DNA of 64,000 bases, taken from the NCBI RefSeq assembly GCF_009914755.1, contig NC_060938.1; one strand, 5' to 3'. The notes under the pieces are model-generated. The model was not told where the DNA came from and searched no databases. It saw nothing but the letters and a program-made list of their open reading frames with translations. This DNA comes from the human T2T-CHM13v2.0 reference genome, Homo sapiens. A program made the position numbers and the translations under genes. The stretch's first letter is position 1. Each line of letters starts with the position of its first letter. Positions 51,578-64,000 of this stretch are shown in pieces.

Positions 51578-51915
51578 TTAAACAACAAAAGTTTATTTAT
51601 CACAGTTCTGGGGGCTGGGAAGTCTAAGATCAAGGGGCCGGCATGGTGGTGGGCAAAAGAGCTGTCTGATGATGGTCCACTTCCTGGTTCATAGATGGCA
51701 TCTTCCTGCTGTATCCTCACATGTTGGAAGGCGTGAGGAGTCTCTCTGGGGTTCTTTAATAAAGGACACTCTCCCATTCATGAGGGCTCTGCCCCCGTGT
51801 CCTAATCACCTCCCCAGGGCTCCATTTCCTGATACCATCACATTCATGATCAGGTGTCAACATATGAATTTTTGTTTGGCAGAGGTGGGATGTACCAAAA
51901 TATTCAGACCACAGC
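51578..51915 (-). mobile_element. MLT1A-type MaLR LTR
   Basis: tcacagttctgggggctgggaagtctaagatcaagg...cagaccacagca. Confidence 0.75.
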
Positions 51916-51919
51916 AAAA

Positions 51920-52945
<1,026 letters not shown>

Positions 52946-53163
52946 AAGTATTATAAAAGAAAGAAATCTTGGGGATGTCTTAAAAACGTTCATGCTCTCT
53001 GTCTCAGCTACTCCACTTCCTAGCAAGTGGAAGCGTGGATGGAGGGGATCTATACAACTAGTTAAGGACCAAGAGCTCAGGATAAACTTATTTATATTAG
53101 CACAAAATTGAAAACAGCCCCAAAGTCCAGAAACAGAGGCATGGTTAAGAACTTGTGCTATCC

Positions 53164-53867
<704 letters not shown>

Positions 53868-54182
53868 TTAATGAAAAAAGAGGAATCAAAAATTTTCTGC
53901 ACCATGTGACTGTAGCTACAAGTCAAGCCAAAATGATGTCCACACATTCATGCATACACATGTGTGCATGCACATACACACACTAGAAGGAAATACAGCA
54001 GAGTATTAACAGTATGGTCTTTAAGAGGTAGAATGACAGGATTGGTTTTTTCCCTTCTTTCTTAGGTTTCCTCATTTTCTAAAGATTAACATAATTCTTT
54101 AACATGAAAAATTTCTCATTTTTGAATAAACAAACTGTGGTGTATCCAGACGATAAAATATTATTGAACGCTAAAAAGAAAT

Positions 54183-54538
54183 TGTATTAGTCCGTTCTCA
54201 TGCTGCTAATAAAGACGTAACGGAGACTGGGTAATTTATAAAGGAAAGAGGTTTAATGAACTCACAGTTCCACATGGCTGGGGAGGCCTCACAATCACGG
54301 CAGAAGATGAAGGAAGAGCAAAAGATGTCTTACATGGTGGCGGGAAAAAGAGCTTGTGCAAGGGAACTCCCGTTTGTAAAGCCATCGGATCTCGTGAGAC
54401 TTACTCACTACCCCGAGAACAGCATGGGAAAAACCCATCCCCATGATTCAATTATCTCCACCTGGCCCTGCCCTTGACAGGTGGGGATTATTACAATTCA
54501 GGGTGAGAACTGTGCAGAGACACAGCCAAACCATATCA
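54183..54538 (-). mobile_element. THE1 solo LTR, copy 1
   Basis: TG..CA ends; TSD GAAAT. Confidence 0.93.
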
Positions 54539-54780
54539 GAAATGTACCTATCAAGCCACGAAACAACATGAAGGAGACTTAAGTGCATATTGCTAAGTGA
54601 AAGAAGCCAACCTGAGCAGGCTGCCTATTGTATGATTCTAACTATATGACATTCTGGAAAGGGCAAAGCTATAGAGAGAGTGAAAAGATCAGGTTGCTTG
54701 GGAGGCCGAGGCGGGTGGATCACCTGAAGTCAGGAGTTTGAGACCAGCCTGGCCAACATGGCCAAACCCCATCACTACTA

Positions 54781-55623
<843 letters not shown>

Positions 55624-55978
55624 TTATGAAGAATTTACAATATAAAGGGAGTTCAAGTGATAATTAATGAAAAAAGAGGAATCAAAAATTTTCTGCACCA
55701 TGTGACTGTAGCTACAAGTCAAGCCAAAATGATGTCCACACATTCATGCATACACATGTGTGCATGCACATACACACACTAGAAGGAAATACAGCAGAGT
55801 ATTAACAGTATGGTCTTTAAGAGGTAGAATGACAGGATTGGTTTTTTCCCTTCTTTCTTAGGTTTCCTCATTTTCTAAAGATTAACATAATTCTTTAACA
55901 TGAAAAATTTCTCATTTTTGAATAAACAAACTGTGGTGTATCCAGACGATAAAATATTATTGAACGCTAAAAAGAAAT

Positions 55979-56334
55979 TGTATTAGTCCGTTCTCATGCT
56001 GCTAATAAAGACGTAACGGAGACTGGGTAATTTATAAAGGAAAGAGGTTTAATGAACTCACTGTTCCACATGGCTGGGGAGGCCTCACAATCACGGCAGA
56101 AGACGAAGGAAGAGCAAAAGATGTCTTACATGGTGGCGGGAAAAAGAGCTTGTGCAAGGGAACTCCCGTTTGTAAAGCCATCGGATCTCGTGAGACTTAC
56201 CCACTACCCCGAGAACAGCATGGGAAAAACCCATCCCCACGATTCAATTATCTCCACCTGGCCCTGCCCTTGACAGGTGGGGATTATTACAATTCAGGGT
56301 GAGAACTGTGCGGAGACACAGCCAAACCATATCA
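55979..56334 (-). mobile_element. THE1 solo LTR, copy 2 (duplicated)
   Basis: same TSD GAAAT and flanks. Confidence 0.93.
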
Positions 56335-56576
56335 GAAATGTACCTATCAAGCCACGAAACAACATGAAGGAGACTTAAGTGCATATTGCTAAGTGAAAGA
56401 AGCCAACCTGAGCAGGCTGCCTATTGTATGATTCCAACTATATGACATTCTGGAAAGGGCAAAGCTATAGAGAGAGTGAAAAGATCAGGTTGCTTGGGAG
56501 GCCGAGGCGGGTGGATCACCTGAAGTCAGGAGTTTGAGACCAGCCTGGCCAACATGGCCAAACCCCATCACTACTA

Positions 56577-57017
<441 letters not shown>

Positions 57018-57128
57018 TCATTTTCTAAAAATTAACATAATTCTTTATCATGAAAAATTTCTCATTTTTGAATAAACAAACTGTGGTGTATCCAGACGAT
57101 AAAATATTATTGACCGCTAAAAAGAAAT

Positions 57129-57484
57129 TGTATTAGTCCGTTCTCATGCTGCTAATAAAGACGTAACTGAGACTGGGTAATTTATAAAGGAAAGAGGTTT
57201 AATGAACTCACTGTTCCACATGGCTGGGGAGGCCTCACAATCATGGCAGAAGATGAAGGAAGAGCAAAAGATGTCTTACGTGGTGGCGGGAAAAAGAGCT
57301 TGTGCAAGGGAACTCCCGTTTGTAAAGCCATCGGATCTCGTGAGACTTACTCACTACCCCGAGAACAGCATGGGAAAAACCCAGCCCCACGATTCAATTA
57401 TCTCCACCTGGCCCTGCCCTTGACAGGTGGGGATTATTACAATTCAGGGTGAGAACTGTGCAGAGACACAGCCAAACCATATCA
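57129..57484 (-). mobile_element. THE1 solo LTR, copy 3 (duplicated); 43-bp remnant of a 4th at 58286-58328
   Basis: same TSD GAAAT and flanks. Confidence 0.93.
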
Positions 57485-57726
57485 GAAATGTACCTATCAA
57501 GCCACGAAGCAACATGAAGGAGACTTAAGTGCATATTGCTAAGTGAAAGAAGCCAACCTGACCAGGCTGCCTATTGTATGATTCCAACTATATGACATTC
57601 TGGAAAGGGCAAAACTATAGAGAGAGTGAAAAGATCAGGTTGCTTGGGAGGCCGAGGCGGGTGGATCACCTGAAGTCAGGAGTTTGAGACCAGCCTGGCC
57701 AACATGGCCAAACCCCATCTCTACTA

Positions 57727-57972
<246 letters not shown>

Positions 57973-58337
57973 TTAAGGCAGTGAAACTACTCTGTATGAT
58001 ACTGTAATGGTGGCTACAAGTCATTATGCATGTGTCCAAACCCGCAGAATGTACACCTAGAGTGAAGCCTGTGGGAACTTTTGTTTAATGGATACAGAGT
58101 TCAGTCTGCAAGATGGATCCTGGTGATGGTTGCACAACAGTGCGAATGTTTTTTCCCTTCTTTCTCAGATTTTCTCATTTTCTAAAATTTAACATAATTC
58201 TTTATCATGAAAAATTTCTCATTTTTAAATAAACAAACTGTGGTGTATCCAGACAATGAAATATTATTGACCGCTAAAAAGAAATTGTGTTAGTCCGTTC
58301 TCATGCTGCTAATAAAGACGTAATTGAGTTATGTCTT

Positions 58338-58421
58338 TTCTACCTCTTAAAAAACAAAAGAAATTGTGATATCCCCACTCAAGGGAATATCGCAATTTCT
58401 TTTATTTTTTAAGAGGTAGAA
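58338..58421. repeat. 35-bp inverted repeat (33/35) with 14-nt loop
   Basis: ttctacctcttaaaaaacaaaagaaattgtgatat / atatcgcaatttcttttattttttaagaggtagaa. Confidence 0.93.
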
Positions 58422-59902
58422 TAACAGAGGATTGGTTTTTTCCCTCACTCCATTCAGTGAGTTAATGTCACTGAATGGTACAATTAAAAATGGTTATAAT
58501 GGCAAAAATTTATGCTACGTATATTTTACCATGATTAAAAGAAGAGCAAGAAATCGGTAATCTATGGGCTTTAAGTAATAATTATGTAACAATATTGGCT
58601 CATCAACTGTAGCAAATGTATAACACCAATGGGAGCTGTTAACAAGGGAAGTGGGGGATGGTTAGTGGGTGTCTGGGAACTCAGTATTTTCTGCTCAATT
58701 TTTATGTAAACCTAAAATTGCCCCAAATATAAAGTCTATTATTTTTGTTTCAATCCTCATTTTGCTTTTCATTAAAAACAAGCCCTGGGTAGTGTCAACA
58801 GCTGTCCTGTGATGAGCGTTCCGCAGGCCGTGTGTCTTCCCGGCGGATCTGGCCCCGCTCTTGCACTGGGAGAGTGGGGTCAGCTATGGATCATTCCCTG
58901 GGTCAGAGAAGTGACAGGTCTGGGCCAGGACTGGAGAGCAGCCGTTTATCATCCTGGCAGGAAACTGCGCTCTCCAGGAGTGCTCACAGGACAGCGAACA
59001 CTTGTGAGTCTCACCTCCTGGGCAGGTCAGTTCTCAGGCGGTTGTGTTCAGGCAGTGTGACAGCAGGGATGGGGAGGGGTTCTTGGATATCGGGCATGGG
59101 AATGGGGGCATAGATAGAAGGAAAACCTGCCACAGCACCCTGCAACCCCACAGCTCCACTGGGCTTTCAGCCTAAAGACATCAGCCACCGCATCTATCCA
59201 ATGGAGACAATACTCTTTCTCCCCACCCCTGCCACATCTCCCTGGACCCATGGCTACTTGGAGGGAAGGGCTGATGGCACAGGCCCTGTCCTGGGTGCTC
59301 CAGGGGAGAAAGCAGAGGCCGAGGAGAGAGCCAATGACCTGCTTCAGGTCACTGTCCCCTTCCACCCAGGGTGACTGGGCTTTGGGAATACTGATGCCCT
59401 TGGACAATTGGCTGGAGTAATTTCCAGTGGTCTATCTATGGTGACCTTGAACCCTATGCCAGAGAGATCCTGTACCCAAGGGCACTGAGATTAAGGCTAC
59501 TTTCCTGCTCTGTATTTATTGTTTTAAATAATTTACTATTGTTTTAAGTAATTGCATTTATTGCTTTAAATAATTCCTGACTGCCTTAAATAATTTCATT
59601 TATTGTTTTAAATAATTCACTGTGAAACTGATCAGTGTTCTATGTAGGACAGTCAGAGCTTACATATAAACACAAAGGGGAAAATTAAGATAACCTGCAT
59701 TACACCATTCAGAAATACAGCCTGTGGATTTTTTGAAGTATGTTCTCTGGTCCTATTTTCTATGGCTCTTTGCTCGTTGATTAAACAACACTTATTAGCA
59801 CTCCCTGGGTGTTAGGCACTGTCCTAGGCACTGAGAATATGATAATGAATAAGATTTGGTTCCTGACCTCAAGGAGCTTAAAATGGACCCACCGCAACAA
59901 CC

Positions 59903-59941
59903 CACACACATGCACACACATACACACACACACACACACAC
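59903..59941. repeat. Interrupted (CA)n microsatellite
   Basis: cacacacatgcacacacatacacacacacacacacacac. Confidence 0.9.
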
Positions 59942-60204
59942 TCACTTACGGAGTTGGCTTTGAGTTTTGACTGGTACTGAACATAATGTCTTGGAACCTT
60001 TTTTTCCCCCCACTGAATATATTATGAACACTTTCCCCTGTGATTAAATATTGTGTCACAATATCATTTCAATGGTTACACCGTGTTTCATTCTGTGAAC
60101 CTATCATCATTTATTTCACCAGTCTATTGTGGAACAGTTAGTACTTTGGTGAAAATCTTTGTGGCTCGATCTTTGTGCACATCTATGGTTCGTTCTCTCT
60201 CTCT

Positions 60205-60630
60205 TTTTTTTTTTTCCAATTTTGTTATTGTGGTAAAATATACATAACATAAAATGTACCATCTTAACCATTTTAACTGGACATTTCACTGGGTATTAAA
60301 TATATTTATAATGTTGTACAACCATCACCAGAACTCTTCGTCTTGTAAAACTGAAACTGTACACCCATCAAACAGCAGCTCCCATTCCCCTCTCCCTCAG
60401 GACCTGGCAGCCACCATTCTACTTTCCGTCGCTATGAATTTGGCCACTGTGGATGTCTCATGTAAGTGGAATGAATCGCACTGCATTTGGCCTTTTGCGG
60501 CAGGCTTATTTCACTCTGCATCATGTCCTCAAGCTTCATCCATGTTGTACCCCGTGTCAGAACTTCCTTCCTCTAAGACTGAACAATATTCCATTGTATG
60601 TATAGATCATATTTTCTTTATCCACTGTAT
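60205..60630 (-). mobile_element. L1MB 3' end fragment
   Basis: ttgtggtaaaatatacataacataaaatgtaccatcttaaccatttt...ggcagccaccattctactttc. Confidence 0.8.
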
Positions 60631-61101
60631 ACTTATTTCTCCAGACTAAATACCTAGAAGTGGAATGACTGGGTCAAAAGCTTTGCTATTCATTACCTAA
60701 TTCTCTTCTAGCACACAGGTGCCAGTTTCCTCTTCTTCCACTCCAGGGACAAGTTTTCATTTCCCTGCACTTCTGCCAGCACTGAGCACTATAAGCTTTT
60801 TAAAAACCTTTTGGATATGATTTCAAATTTACAGAAAGATTGCAAGAGGAGAACAAAGACCTCCCCTGTTACCTAGATTCACCAAGTGCCAACATTTGCC
60901 CCATTTGCTCTCCTCCTCCTTCTGCCTCCCTCCCAACCCCATCCATCCTCTTTCTTTTCCTTTCTGGACCACTTAAGAGACAATTGCAAACATCACAATG
61001 CTTTATCCCTAATTATTTCAGTGTGCATTTCCTAACAATCTCTTACATAAACACTGTACAATTATAAAAATCAGTAAATTCAACCTTGATGCGATTACTA
61101 C

Positions 61102-61351
<250 letters not shown>

Positions 61352-62795
61352 ACTACTATTTTCTAATCCACAATCCATATTCAAATTTTACCAAATTTTC
61401 AAATTATGCCCTCTCTACTTCCCCCCATCCCAATCCGAATGCAGGATCCCACATTGCATTTAGGTGTTACATCTTTTTAGTCCCTTTTCATCTGGAGCAT
61501 TATAAAGTTTTAATACGTTTGACAATTTAAAAGGCCCAAATGTGTCCTGTTGTTGTTTTCATTTATTTTATTTCTGCCAAAGCTGAATATTTCTTCGGGT
61601 GTGAATTGCTCTTTTGTATATTTCCTTTTGTGCATTGCCTGGTGGTATCCTTTGTCCCTGCTTCTCTCCTGGATTTATACCAGCACCAGCACTTTAGTCA
61701 CCAGACATGACCTTCCACAAGCAGCCCTTGACCTGGAGAAAGCGAAGACCTTCTGTCCCCCTGGATCCTCCCAGTCCTGTCCCCTTGGATCAGCCGCTTG
61801 GCCAGGATTTTGAAATAGTACAGTTGTCTGGTCTGAGCAAGGACGCCCCATCTGTCCTTCCAAACTCCAGGGAGTACAGAGAGTTATTCCTGTTTGGGTT
61901 CGACATTTCCTGCGGGATCTGACCTGCTGCCAACCCCAGTTTTGTTTCCAAGAGGCCACCTGCTGAGTGTCAGCAGCGGTCAGCGGCCTCCAAGGTTGCT
62001 ATTGATCAACGTCCGTTCCAGCGGGTTCCTGGCATCCGAGGCCTGCTCTGTGTCCCGGGAGAAGGGATTGTGGTGCAATGGAAAGCTCCCAGGGCACACT
62101 GCGGGGGCCCCACAGAGCTCAGGATGCAGACGGGCTTCACCTGCTGAACCTGGATAAGCCCCTGCGTGTAGCAGAGCTCGTTTCCTCTCTGGAAAGCTGG
62201 AAAATGCCAAGGCTCACAGACACTAAGACAACAACAGAGGAAGAGTCCTGCCGAGGCCACCAGGACACCATGCTGACTTGTTGCTGACCATTGCTATTTT
62301 GTGTGTAAATTTTTATTAAATCAGTTATCACTCTTTTGTGCAGTCATAGAAAAGAAAATATAAGCAAAATAAATGTCAATATTCTGGGCTTGGCTCTTCC
62401 TCATCACAGTTTTTCCATGTCTTAATTTTTTTCTAATGAAGGAAAATGTAAATACATAAAATGAGAGAAAATAGGCTGATGAGCCCCCAGGTGATACTCA
62501 TCAACCCTGGCCTCATCCAATCCCCCATTACTACACTCCCTCCAGATTATTATGGGACAAACTCCGGACATCGTAGACTTTCCTCTGTAGACGTGCAGAC
62601 ACTTCAGTTTGTGTCTGCAGAAGATAACGTACCCTTTGTTTTGAACATCATCCTAATAATGGATTGCACCTAAAAAATAACAATGACTTAATAGTACCAT
62701 GGAAATATCTACTCAATGTTTAAAGGTCCTTATTTTTCTATAGTTGCTTTGTTCAAATCATCCCAACAAAGCTCATCTTTGCATTTGGTTGGCAT

Positions 62796-63535
<740 letters not shown>

Positions 63536-63889
63536 GCATGTCTCTTAATCTCTGTTAATCCATTTGTTATCCTTCCCTCACTTCTTCTCTTGCAATACAT
63601 TTCTGGATGAAACTGGGTCATTTGTCCTGTAGAGTTCTTTGCATTTTGCTGTTTGCATTTTTATAGTGTCATTTAGCCTTGCTTGTCCCTTGTATTTCCT
63701 GCAAACTGGTAGTCAGACTGAGAGCTGTTTTGACAACCCAAAGAGAAAGCGTACCGAGAAGACTGTCAGTCAGTGTGAATTTCCCTTAAAGAGGGTTTGG
63801 AAAAGAGTTAGGGGACACTAGGGACGGGTGTCAACAGACCAGCTCTGTTACCGACCCACTGTATACGCCATTTGGGGTGGAACAGTGGG

Positions 63890-64000
63890 GTTTTTTTGTT
63901 TTGTTTTTTGAGATGGAGTTTCGCTCTTGTCACTCAGGCTGGAGTGCCATGGCGCAATCTCGGCTCGCTGCAACCTCTGCCTCCCAGGTTCAAGCGATTC
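63890..64000 (-). mobile_element. Alu 3' part, cut by the window end
   Basis: T tail + gagatggagtttcgctcttgtc. Confidence 0.88.

Overview
Human-type (primate) genomic DNA. Positions 11-~23710 hold the last seven exons of GOLGA5 (golgin-84) on the + strand. All splice sites are canonical GT-AG, and the joined frame runs SKEKLINSL...LLTYTPEMHHDQPYGK-stop. The remaining ~40 kb is repeat-rich intergenic DNA with no supportable gene. Mobile elements include >40 Alus, a HERV-K (HML-2) LTR5 solo LTR, a full-length Tigger1, a full-length defective L1PA4, and THE1/MLT1 LTRs. I found no new multi-gene biological system. The notable signals are readable footprints of genome-shaping events: (1) an L1 3' transduction carrying ~180 bp of foreign sequence into a GOLGA5 intron; (2) an Alu with twin-priming inversion geometry; (3) an Alu flanked by a 75-bp target-site-like duplication; (4) a 162-bp dispersed duplication; (5) a four-level TE nest; (6) a 5.6-kb young duplication complex (52.8-58.5 kb) that amplifies one THE1 LTR, contains an Alu-Alu recombinant, and ends in a hairpin-rich templated-insertion junction that may have seeded the array. 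Repeat subfamily names come from recalled consensus features, not from a search. Repeat boundaries without TSDs are approximate.
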